From positions 1 through 40,454 of IMG/VR virus record IMGVR_UViG_3300015370_000028: a stretch of DNA of 40,454 bases. One strand, given 5' to 3'. Every line of letters starts with the position of its first letter. Positions within the stretch are counted from its first letter, which is position 1. The notes under the pieces are model-generated. The model worked only from the letters and a program-made list of their open reading frames with translations. It made no database searches and was not told the origin of the DNA. This DNA comes from a virus (taxonomy: Duplodnaviria > Caudoviricetes). Position numbers and translations under genes: made by a program. Of this stretch, positions 26,083 to 35,150 are shown in pieces.

Positions 26083-27515
26083 TATATATCCCAAGCGGAA
26101 CTGAAATGCTGTCGGCGCAAGTTGTAGAGGGAATATTTGAGCTACTGTGGGACTGCACCAAATGGCAAAAATACGGCTTTTCTTTTATCCCGCTTGTGGG
26201 AAGAAGAATGCCCCTGCCAAACGCAAGGACAATAGCAGTTGAATTTGCCCTGCAGCACGATTGTGGATATATCCTGTGGCTTGACGATGATATGGTGCTG
26301 CTGCCAGGAAGCAATGCCTTTTCAAATCTGCTCTTGCAAGACAAGGATATTGTAGCGCCATTGTTTTATACAAGAGTACCGCCTCACCTGCCATGTATAT
26401 TTACACGCAGGTACAGGGCTGATAACAGATTTTGCACCTTTGAAAATATTGTAGATTATCCCAAAGACGTTTTGCTTAAAGTTGATGGAGTGGGTTTTGG
26501 GTGTGTACTTACAAAGACAGAAGTATTTAAAGCCACACCAAAGCCCTGGTTCATTTACAGCGACACTTTCGGTGAGGATTTATTTTTCTGTAGCAAGGCG
26601 ATAGACAGTGGTGTAGAGATTTACGCTGATACGTCATTTTCAGTTGGGCACATGGGTATTGCGGGTATTGTCTTTGAGGACGCCCACAACATTTACAAGG
26701 AAGCCGCTAAGGAATTTGTAAAGCAGAAGATAGAGGGCGAGGAACTGCTTTCAAAGAAGTATGAACTTGAGTGCGACATTGTAATGCCATGTTATAAAAA
26801 TTTTGAAATTACCAAGAAAGCCATAGAGAGTATTTTAAACTACTCCTCAGGTGTTTCTTTTAATATGATTTTAATAAATGACGGAAACGACAGCCGTCTT
26901 GCCAGATATTTTGAAAGACTGGTGCGCTCACGTCCGAACATAACGACAGTAACAAATAATGAAAATATCGGATGGATAAAATCGGTTAACCAGGGACTGG
27001 CAAAAGCGAAAACTCATTACGTGTTGCTGGTAAATAATGATATTGAAATATGGCCACAGTATGCTTACTGGCTGCAACTTATGATTTTTGAACTTATGTG
27101 CGATGATAAACTGGGTGCGGTAGGCCCGACAAGCAATTTTGTAATGGGGTTGCAATCGGTGCAGCATAATGAAGTTTTAAAGATGACAAGACACTACGGC
27201 AAATTTTTAATTGGCTTTTGCATGATGATTAAAAAATCTGTCCTTGACAATATAGGCGGACTTGACGAGCGGTTCGGACTTGGTGGGGAAGATGATTTGG
27301 ACTTGTCTATACGAATACGTAATGCTGGATATAGGCTAAAAATACTGCGTGATGTATTTGTACACCACGAGGGATTTAAGTCATTAGGTTTAATATTTAA
27401 AGACTATAAGGAAATTGAGGATAAGTTAAGACCACTTCTCATTGAGAAGTGGGGTAAAGAAAAAATAGATGATTTATTTATCATGAGCGATAACTTTATT
27501 TTAAGAGGTGAATAA
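25986..27515 (+). CDS. two-domain (tandem GT-A/GT2) glycosyltransferase
   Basis: Domain 1: WLDDDM, GFGCVL, GEDLFFC; domain 2: IVMPCY, INDG, LVNNDI, GGLDERF, EDDLDL, FVHH; TTG start inferred from AAAGGAG at 25972-25978. Confidence 0.9.
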   Translation: MSELRKQSNRISYDISKDYSEFCNSIPNKRILVYIPSGTEMLSAQVVEGIFELLWDCTKWQKYGFSFIPLVGRRMPLPNARTIAVEFALQHDCGYILWLDDDMVLLPGSNAFSNLLLQDKDIVAPLFYTRVPPHLPCIFTRRYRADNRFCTFENIVDYPKDVLLKVDGVGFGCVLTKTEVFKATPKPWFIYSDTFGEDLFFCSKAIDSGVEIYADTSFSVGHMGIAGIVFEDAHNIYKEAAKEFVKQKIEGEELLSKKYELECDIVMPCYKNFEITKKAIESILNYSSGVSFNMILINDGNDSRLARYFERLVRSRPNITTVTNNENIGWIKSVNQGLAKAKTHYVLLVNNDIEIWPQYAYWLQLMIFELMCDDKLGAVGPTSNFVMGLQSVQHNEVLKMTRHYGKFLIGFCMMIKKSVLDNIGGLDERFGLGGEDDLDLSIRIRNAGYRLKILRDVFVHHEGFKSLGLIFKDYKEIEDKLRPLLIEKWGKEKIDDLFIMSDNFILRGE

Positions 27516-27517
27516 TT

Positions 27518-29059
27518 ATGGAAGCAATAAATACAAAAATTTATGAAAATCTAACTCCCAGCCAATGGGAAGAAAAAATATTCTATCGTGGAGTAAATGT
27601 AAAATATCCACAGCAGTTGAAGTATTTAATTGATGAGATGTACCCTGCTAAAGTTATTAAACTTAAAGAGAGATTAAAAGTAGGCAAATTAGATATAGAG
27701 GAAGTCCAGTATCTAAATTCTAAAATACTTCGCTTGACTGAAAAATATGCAGTATGCAAAAAGATGTATGATTTGCGTATTGCTAAAACAGTGCCTACAA
27801 CAGGTAAATGGGCTATGCACGGTACAGTTTATTATATTGATAGTGATAGGGCTGATGACACAGGCAATGGACTGACTCCTGCAACAGCTTGGAAAACTAT
27901 AAATAAGTATACCACTGTAACAGTTTGTTCCCCTGGCGATATTGCTTATGTACGAGCAAATAAAACTTATCTTAATAATGCTGCCGATATTATATTTGAC
28001 GAGGACGGTACAGCTAATGCCTATATAGAACTTAGAGGTTGCAGTGTTGCAGATGACCCGTGGGGTGATGCTTCTGATGTAAAACCTATTATAGATTTTG
28101 GCGATGCACAATATCAAATATTATTGTCTGATGATGACTATTGGAAGCTTGCAAATTTAGATATTATACAAAGTGCAGATATATTAGGAAATATACAAGT
28201 CAGTACAGTTAATGGATTATATCTTCTTAATTGTATTATTAGGGATAACAGTGCTGCAACGGGTAAATATGGTATGCGTTGTGCTCTATTGTACAATTTT
28301 AAAATTGAAAATTGTCAATTTTCAGATAATTTAATTCATAGTTTTTCTTCCATTAGGTCATCTGGTATTTTTGATAATTGTATATTCAATAGTGGTATTA
28401 CTACAACTGCCTGTGGTCTATATGGTGGCTTTGGTTCAACACTTGTAGCCAAAAATTGTAGTTTTGGTCAAACTACATCACATGTCTCGGAAGATATTAT
28501 AGCGGAGTATGTTTCATTTATTCATACTATTAACTGTAAAAGAAATAAATCCACATATTCTGCTACTCTTGGTAGCGTAGTATTTGCAGAAGATGATAAC
28601 CAAGTCAAGGGTGCAAATGTAACTTATTCATGGTTAGGTACAGTTACAAAATCAGCAACAGTAACTGATGGAGCTTTAAGTTCAGCACAATTACTACCTA
28701 ATTCAAGTTGTGGTTTATACGCACCATTATCAGTAACTCCATTTAATGATTATGACTTTAAAATACCTTGTAGCGCAGCACTCACAACGCTAACAATAAA
28801 AATAAAGGCTGATAGTGCATGGGCGGTATATCCCACAGCAGCACAATTGTATATGGAAACTTCGTATTTAAGCCATGCAACAGCAGCGACACGTGCAACA
28901 ATAGCATCTACTCAGGTATTGGCTGACGGTACAACATGGGTAGCATTTACAAATACATTTACACCGCTGCAGGCAGGATTTGCTTATGTAAAGGTATATT
29001 TAGGTTTATATACAGCAACAGAAGGGGTATTGGTAAATATGCAGGTGGTGAAAACATGA
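27518..29059 (+). CDS. pectin-lyase-like beta-helix virion protein (spike/fibre candidate)
   Basis: YYIDS..DD.GNG.TPATAWKTI...PGDIAYV cap motif; NC-x-I/F repeats. Confidence 0.7.
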   Translation: MEAINTKIYENLTPSQWEEKIFYRGVNVKYPQQLKYLIDEMYPAKVIKLKERLKVGKLDIEEVQYLNSKILRLTEKYAVCKKMYDLRIAKTVPTTGKWAMHGTVYYIDSDRADDTGNGLTPATAWKTINKYTTVTVCSPGDIAYVRANKTYLNNAADIIFDEDGTANAYIELRGCSVADDPWGDASDVKPIIDFGDAQYQILLSDDDYWKLANLDIIQSADILGNIQVSTVNGLYLLNCIIRDNSAATGKYGMRCALLYNFKIENCQFSDNLIHSFSSIRSSGIFDNCIFNSGITTTACGLYGGFGSTLVAKNCSFGQTTSHVSEDIIAEYVSFIHTINCKRNKSTYSATLGSVVFAEDDNQVKGANVTYSWLGTVTKSATVTDGALSSAQLLPNSSCGLYAPLSVTPFNDYDFKIPCSAALTTLTIKIKADSAWAVYPTAAQLYMETSYLSHATAATRATIASTQVLADGTTWVAFTNTFTPLQAGFAYVKVYLGLYTATEGVLVNMQVVKT

Positions 29060-29382
29060 TAATAAATTATGATTGGGCAAATTCTATACCAGAGCCGTAT
29101 TGGGTAACAACAGGCATACTTAATTTTGATTGGGTCAGTGCTAAACCTAATATAAATATTGTAACAATGCCTGCCACGATAGTGCTTCAGATAAGACCTG
29201 ATAAGGTACTGGAAGTATCGGGAACTGATAATATAGGTAATTTGCAGCCTATCAAAGATAACAGGATATCTATTGTTGTAAGCGGTATAGCTTATAGTAT
29301 TAATCCTTTCAGTTCAGATACGGCAAGGAGTTATCTGGTTAGACACATTGATGGAGTGCTTACTATCAAGGTTTTGGAATAG
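29056..29382 (+). CDS. hypothetical structural-module protein
   Basis: ATGA overlap at 29056; RBS AGGTGG. Confidence 0.6.
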   Translation: MIINYDWANSIPEPYWVTTGILNFDWVSAKPNINIVTMPATIVLQIRPDKVLEVSGTDNIGNLQPIKDNRISIVVSGIAYSINPFSSDTARSYLVRHIDGVLTIKVLE

Positions 29383-29394
29383 GAGAGGTTCAAT

Positions 29395-30306
29395 ATGGAC
29401 ATAACAACAATTAAAACTAAGGTGAAATCTAATACTGGTATCAGTGCCACAAGGCTTGATACTATAATTGCAGACAGAATTGATGAGATACAAGACCTGT
29501 ATATAATCAAAAATGCCTTCGGGCATAAATGGTCGTGGCTCAACTCACAGTCATCACTAAATACTATCGCCTCATATTCAGATGGCACTGTCGCCATCAC
29601 GCAGGACAGCACAACGGTTACTGGAACGGGTGTGGCTTTTACTTCCGCTATGGTGGGACGTGTTATCAGATTCGACGATGAGGACGAGTATTATGAGATT
29701 TCAGAGGTTAACGCAGGAACAAGCGTTATAACTCTTAAAAAAGCATATATCGGGGCTACCAATGCGCTTGCAACGTATTGCATATACAAGATTTACTACG
29801 AGCTTGAAACCGATGTAAAAAATATACTTTACTTCAAGCAGGTGGTAACGCCAAGACCGGTACTTCCTGTGGCACAGCTTCCTTTTACAAGAATACTTCC
29901 CGACGAGTTCTTTACAAGTTCAGGCGAGATACAGGGATATATACTGTCAGGAATGGACTTAACCAATGAAACAGTGCTTGTAAGGTTTACGCCAATCCCT
30001 ACTGTGCGCAAGCGTGTCTATTACGGATATGCCAAAAAGTTTTCAACCTGTGCGACAGGTGAAAGCTCTATACCATCAGATTTGCACCCGCTCTTTATAC
30101 ACAAGCTTAGTGAATTTGTATATGCCGCTTATGATATGGGGGCAAAGGCTGAATATGAGAAGAATGTTTTTGACGCAATGCTTTTTAATGCGATCAATGA
30201 AGATAAGGATTTAATTTTAGATGATGAGAATGTAATGGAAGATGAGTATATCGGGGGAACTTACAAGCGAAGGACACAACTGCCCGATAATTATCCGCAA
30301 TATTAA
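29395..30306 (+). CDS. head-tail adaptor-like protein with inserted beta domain
   Basis: Helical N-terminus, WSWL, RFTPIP and IPSDLHPLFI; insert DGTVAITQDSTTVTGTG. Confidence 0.6.
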   Translation: MDITTIKTKVKSNTGISATRLDTIIADRIDEIQDLYIIKNAFGHKWSWLNSQSSLNTIASYSDGTVAITQDSTTVTGTGVAFTSAMVGRVIRFDDEDEYYEISEVNAGTSVITLKKAYIGATNALATYCIYKIYYELETDVKNILYFKQVVTPRPVLPVAQLPFTRILPDEFFTSSGEIQGYILSGMDLTNETVLVRFTPIPTVRKRVYYGYAKKFSTCATGESSIPSDLHPLFIHKLSEFVYAAYDMGAKAEYEKNVFDAMLFNAINEDKDLILDDENVMEDEYIGGTYKRRTQLPDNYPQY

Positions 30307-30327
30307 AATTTTAAGGAGTGATGATAT

Positions 30328-31296
30328 ATGCCAGCTTTGTATCCGACTAGTATAACGACACAATTATTTAAGGTCATAGCAAGGACACAGACAACACTTA
30401 CGGCAGATGTTACGGCAGGAGTGACAACATGGCCCGTTGTAACGACATCGGGCTGGGAAGATAAAGGATTTGTGGTTTGCGAAAATGAAACAGTTTATTA
30501 CAGTGCAAAGACTGCAACATCACTTACTGTACAGCGTGGATTTGCAGGAACTGCCGTATCCCACGTATCGGGCAAGGCCGTAAAACTTGCAGTGGTGGCT
30601 GAAACTATAAACAGGATAACGGACGAACTGGTAGCAACGCAGACACATGTTGGAATATCTGGTTCTGCTGTTACTGGCTCATTGGATTATAGGGTTAGGA
30701 ATCTGCCATCACAGGGAGTATCTACGCAGGTAACAAACCTTAACGCCCAGTATCTTGGCGGTTCTTCACTTGGGCAACTTCAAAACCCATCTAAACTTTC
30801 AAGTGTAAATGGTGTTTCAATACTGCCAAACAACATAGAAATACTGCCATCGGCATGGAGTATAAACAATGACAACCCCGCAAGTTTACTTGAAATAATA
30901 GGAACATCTGTAACACCTGTGATACAAAAACTTTGTTTTGGCACGACAGACCAGGCTGATTTTGGGCCCATAAAAATGCCGTCAGAATACAATGGCGGAA
31001 CACTTACATTAACTTACATGTATTGCGGTTCAACAGCAGGTATTACCCATACTCTGGGCATTAAGGTTGCTAAGGCTGCAAGCGGTGAGAATTACAATCC
31101 GACTTATGGGGCTGCGGTATATCTTGACCAGCTTACTGCTTCAGGTACAACAGGTGTAGTAAAATTATATACCACGGCACTGGCAGGGCTTTCGCTGGGA
31201 CTTACAAACAGCACGCTGAACTGGATAAGGATATGCGGTGGAACTTCAAGCCAAGTGCAGATGATGAACTTTGGCATTTCATGGAGTAGAGGATAA
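30328..31296 (+). CDS. Thr/Ser-rich tail fibre-like virion protein
   Basis: TTLTADV...ENETVYY...TVQRG..GT..SH..G motif; VTNLNAQYLGG. Confidence 0.55.
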   Translation: MPALYPTSITTQLFKVIARTQTTLTADVTAGVTTWPVVTTSGWEDKGFVVCENETVYYSAKTATSLTVQRGFAGTAVSHVSGKAVKLAVVAETINRITDELVATQTHVGISGSAVTGSLDYRVRNLPSQGVSTQVTNLNAQYLGGSSLGQLQNPSKLSSVNGVSILPNNIEILPSAWSINNDNPASLLEIIGTSVTPVIQKLCFGTTDQADFGPIKMPSEYNGGTLTLTYMYCGSTAGITHTLGIKVAKAASGENYNPTYGAAVYLDQLTASGTTGVVKLYTTALAGLSLGLTNSTLNWIRICGGTSSQVQMMNFGISWSRG

Positions 31297-31336
31297 ATTT
31301 TAAGAATTAAATGGAATAAGTTATAGGAGATAAATT

Positions 31337-31990
31337 ATGGCAACATATACATTACAATATCCACCAGCACATGATGATACTTATGTTAAGTCTACAACTA
31401 AATTTAGTACAGATTATTGGGCTTACATTGCTACAAACCCTGCTACTCCTCTTACTGGTACAGGTGTGGGTACTAACTGGATTGCAGCTTCTGGTGCATA
31501 TACAAACCAAAGATTTCATATTGACTTGGGTTCAGCAAAGATAATCAGAAGAATATATTATGAGAATAGACATAACAGTGGTGGAGATACAGAGAATGGA
31601 GTTAAGAACTTTATTTTTCAAGGTTCTAATAATGCTGCTGCTTTTGCAGAATTGACTTATGCAACAGATACAAATTGGACAGCTATCACTACGGCACAAT
31701 CTACCTTTGACCAACACGTAGCCTTAGACCAAGCAGACCCAAAATATATATTAGCAACTAATACTAAAAAGTACCAATATTATGCTTTTAAATTTGCTGA
31801 TAACTGGTCTGGGGCTAATCAAATGGCTCTTAGGCGAGTATCTTTAATGACTGAAGATGGATACTACCCTCCAGCTGGCGGATTAGGCATAGGCAATCCC
31901 TGGATATTTATGAAAGATATGTGGGAAAAACATAATAAGTTATGGATACCAAAATTAATATTACAAGAAGATTTAGGATTTAATTATTAA
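31337..31990 (+). CDS. discoidin (F5/8 type C)-like carbohydrate-binding protein
   Basis: HIDLGSAKII, VKNFIFQGSNN, NWTAI, KYQYYAFK. Confidence 0.7.
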   Translation: MATYTLQYPPAHDDTYVKSTTKFSTDYWAYIATNPATPLTGTGVGTNWIAASGAYTNQRFHIDLGSAKIIRRIYYENRHNSGGDTENGVKNFIFQGSNNAAAFAELTYATDTNWTAITTAQSTFDQHVALDQADPKYILATNTKKYQYYAFKFADNWSGANQMALRRVSLMTEDGYYPPAGGLGIGNPWIFMKDMWEKHNKLWIPKLILQEDLGFNY

Positions 31991-32000
31991 AGGATAAAAA

Positions 32001-33962
32001 ATGGCTTTAATGCAGATTGAGGGCACAAGTGAATTTGTGCTGACATTATTTAATTTTAAAAGCGGACTTAACACAAGGGACGTTGAAACCTTAATCAGGG
32101 ACTATGAACTCTCTGGCGGTAGGAACTTTACATACGACAGTCGTGGGGGGCTCTCCATCAGGAAAGGTTATGCCCCGATGAATATTTCGGCATGGGGGGC
32201 TAACCCGATTAAGGGAGGCACGGGCTATTACCGTACAGGTGCAGACCGTGAGGAAATCGTATCAGCAGGTACTTCCATCGGCACAAGGGTAGCGGAAGGT
32301 ACTGCCATAGCAAACTTAAAGACAAACCTTAGCGGAAATGGCGAGCGGTTTGCTTTCCACCAGTATCTTGACCACCTGTTCATGGCAAACACGACAGATA
32401 ATTTAATGGTCTATGACGGTGTTAATGCTGTTTATGATATAGGGTATATCATACCTGCCAGCAACTGCACATTGGCAGACGGCGGCGCAGGCTCTATGGG
32501 CGCAGGCAAATATTATTATAAAATCACTTACAAATATATTGACGGTGAGTCAAACCAGTGTGCCGCAGACGTTAATATAACTATAGCGGCAAGCAAACAG
32601 GTAGCACTTTCGGCAATCCCTACAGGCTCGGCAATGGTAACGGGTAGGGCAATATACCGAACAACTGCAGGCGGTTCAGTTTATAAATTACTTACAATAA
32701 TCAACGATAATACTACCACGACATACGCTGATAATATAGCAGACGCTGGACTTGGGGCAGACATAGATGTTGACAATATCTATACCTATATCAGACCATG
32801 CAAATACATGGTAAATCATAAGGGTAGAATGTGGTATGCAGGCAATCCAACTTACCCTTCAACAATTTTTTACAGCAAAAGCCTCTCTCCCGAAGCTAAT
32901 CCCGCACTGTATTTCTGGGATATCGGCAAGGGTGATGGAGATGTAATTGCAGGGCTTGCCGTTAATTTAGGAGCACTTGTAATCCTGAAGCAATATTCTA
33001 CATGGGTAATATCAGGTGATACTCCTGTTGGCACATCGGCAGATATGATACTTGAGAATGTAAACCCGTCAATAGGAACACTATCACACTGGACAATATC
33101 GCATGCAGGCAATGACCTGCTGTTCCTGTCCCCTAAAGTGGGAGTTCAGCGCTTGAAAAGAATTATCCTGTCAGACACAGAGTCAATGGACACAGAAGCA
33201 TTGTCGGACAAGATTTCAACAACTATAAACGATGACCTGCAACAGTCAATACTTTCAATTGCTCACGGCAGGGCATGGAACAATAAATATTATCTGTTCG
33301 TGCCTGCACTTGCGGCAACGGCATGTAACCTTGCGGCTGTGCTTTACCTGTCAGACTTAAACCCCGAGGACGAGTCAACAATACGGTGGATGGTACATGA
33401 TAACCAGGTCTTTAGCAGTTCATGGCTGTATAGGGATAGCAACGGGGAACACCTGCACGCAGGTTTAAACTCAACGGGCTATATCTTTGAAATCGATAAC
33501 GGCACAACTGATGACGGTGCGGTAATACAGGCTTGGGCTGCAACAAAGAACTTTGAATTTGGTTCATTTATGACAGAAAAAGTTTTCAGGAGTTTAGCAG
33601 TATCAGGGCATGCCAGCGAGGATTATGAATTTTCTGTCAGGGAATTTATACTGGAGAGAAATTACGATCCTACAAGCGAGCTTGCATATAAATTCTCAAC
33701 AGAGCAGCATGTCCATGATTTTAAGGGTGGCGGGGTTGTATCAGATGAGGACGTTACTTATGATGAAATAGTTTATGATGATGTTATGTATGACTCTGAA
33801 AGCGATTATGCCGCAAGTGAAAAGGATTTTCTACATGGAGACGATATGGCTAATCCCGGTTACAAGCTGAAACTGAAGATTGAAGATGTTTCGGCAAACC
33901 AGGATTTTGTATTTTATGGGTTTGAGGTCCGTGGTTTCTACGGATTTGCCCGGATTATTTAA
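32001..33962 (+). CDS. tail nozzle / P22 gp10-like stabilization protein
   Basis: FKSGLN N-terminus; propeller-type HKGRMWYAG and LVILKQYSTW; FN3-like insert. Confidence 0.65.
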   Translation: MALMQIEGTSEFVLTLFNFKSGLNTRDVETLIRDYELSGGRNFTYDSRGGLSIRKGYAPMNISAWGANPIKGGTGYYRTGADREEIVSAGTSIGTRVAEGTAIANLKTNLSGNGERFAFHQYLDHLFMANTTDNLMVYDGVNAVYDIGYIIPASNCTLADGGAGSMGAGKYYYKITYKYIDGESNQCAADVNITIAASKQVALSAIPTGSAMVTGRAIYRTTAGGSVYKLLTIINDNTTTTYADNIADAGLGADIDVDNIYTYIRPCKYMVNHKGRMWYAGNPTYPSTIFYSKSLSPEANPALYFWDIGKGDGDVIAGLAVNLGALVILKQYSTWVISGDTPVGTSADMILENVNPSIGTLSHWTISHAGNDLLFLSPKVGVQRLKRIILSDTESMDTEALSDKISTTINDDLQQSILSIAHGRAWNNKYYLFVPALAATACNLAAVLYLSDLNPEDESTIRWMVHDNQVFSSSWLYRDSNGEHLHAGLNSTGYIFEIDNGTTDDGAVIQAWAATKNFEFGSFMTEKVFRSLAVSGHASEDYEFSVREFILERNYDPTSELAYKFSTEQHVHDFKGGGVVSDEDVTYDEIVYDDVMYDSESDYAASEKDFLHGDDMANPGYKLKLKIEDVSANQDFVFYGFEVRGFYGFARII

Positions 33963-33980
33963 AGATTAAAATTAAAGGAA

Positions 33981-35150
33981 GTGGTTAAAATGGCAGTATA
34001 CGGCGCAAGTTTAGCAACTTATCCAGCACCAACAAAAACTTATCAACCCTGGAAAACTGTTATGCCAACAGCAGCAAGTCCAGTTGTACCAGGGAGTACT
34101 TATGTAGCACCAACAGCAGCAGCACCAACTGGGCGTACAGACGGTAGGACTTGGAGGGCTGATGCAGGTGCATGGATGAATGACGCAGAATATGCACAGT
34201 GGCGCATATCACAAAATACGGCAGCAGCAGGCGGAGGTGCAGCAGGTGGTGGCGGATATGCCCCGACTTCACTGGCAGCATGGACACCACCAGCGATAGA
34301 CTTGCAGATACCAAACTATGCATGGAGTCCTACAGCAGAACAGCAGGCAGGCTGGGGAACGGTAGCAAGTGCCCGGATGGCATTAAAATATGACCCGCAG
34401 AGGCAGGAAGTCATTAATGCCTTAACAAGGTACAAGCAGGAAACAGAACTGGCACAGACACGGGCAGGGACGTCAAATGTGGCGCAACAATTGGAACTTG
34501 CAAACATAATTAAAAATGTTGGAAGGCAGCCCATCATAGAATCCGCAATACGAAGGGGCGCAGAAACAAGCGGGTGGCTTCCCGAAGCACTTGCCGGTCT
34601 CGGGCAGTATGAAACTACACAGCGAACTGGTATGACCCAGAACTACAACGAAACGATAGCCGAATTAGTGCGGGGTGTACTAAACCAGGAAACAGGCACG
34701 GGAGAGAGGCTTACGGCGCTTTCAGGACTTCAGGGTCAGGACTTGATATCAACCCTTGACGCTCTTGAAAACAGGGACAGGACACGGAAGATGGAGGAAC
34801 TTACACAGACCTTTAGCGCACAATATAGCAAGGCTTCGCTTATAAACCAGATTGCAGCAGAACAGAAAAGGGCAGAACAGCAGGACGCACTTATAGCCGC
34901 ACAGATGGCACAGAGTCAGTTTGAAAACCAGATGGCTGAAAAGAATTATGCACTCCAGCAGGCTCAAACTGCATACAATACAACTTATCGTGGCGGTGGG
35001 ACAACTGAACCTGGTTATCTAATTCCTGGTTCATCAGATTGGTATAGGTATCATGGGCTAATAGGTACTTATGCACAACCAGCACAGGCAGAAGCATCAT
35101 TTTTTGACCTTTATGACGCATGGAAAGCAAAACAACCGCGGGGCAGATAA
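33981..35150 (+). CDS. putative internal virion/ejection protein
   Basis: A/Q/T-rich helical protein after the nozzle (alternative ATG at 33990). Confidence 0.55.
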   Translation: MVKMAVYGASLATYPAPTKTYQPWKTVMPTAASPVVPGSTYVAPTAAAPTGRTDGRTWRADAGAWMNDAEYAQWRISQNTAAAGGGAAGGGGYAPTSLAAWTPPAIDLQIPNYAWSPTAEQQAGWGTVASARMALKYDPQRQEVINALTRYKQETELAQTRAGTSNVAQQLELANIIKNVGRQPIIESAIRRGAETSGWLPEALAGLGQYETTQRTGMTQNYNETIAELVRGVLNQETGTGERLTALSGLQGQDLISTLDALENRDRTRKMEELTQTFSAQYSKASLINQIAAEQKRAEQQDALIAAQMAQSQFENQMAEKNYALQQAQTAYNTTYRGGGTTEPGYLIPGSSDWYRYHGLIGTYAQPAQAEASFFDLYDAWKAKQPRGR

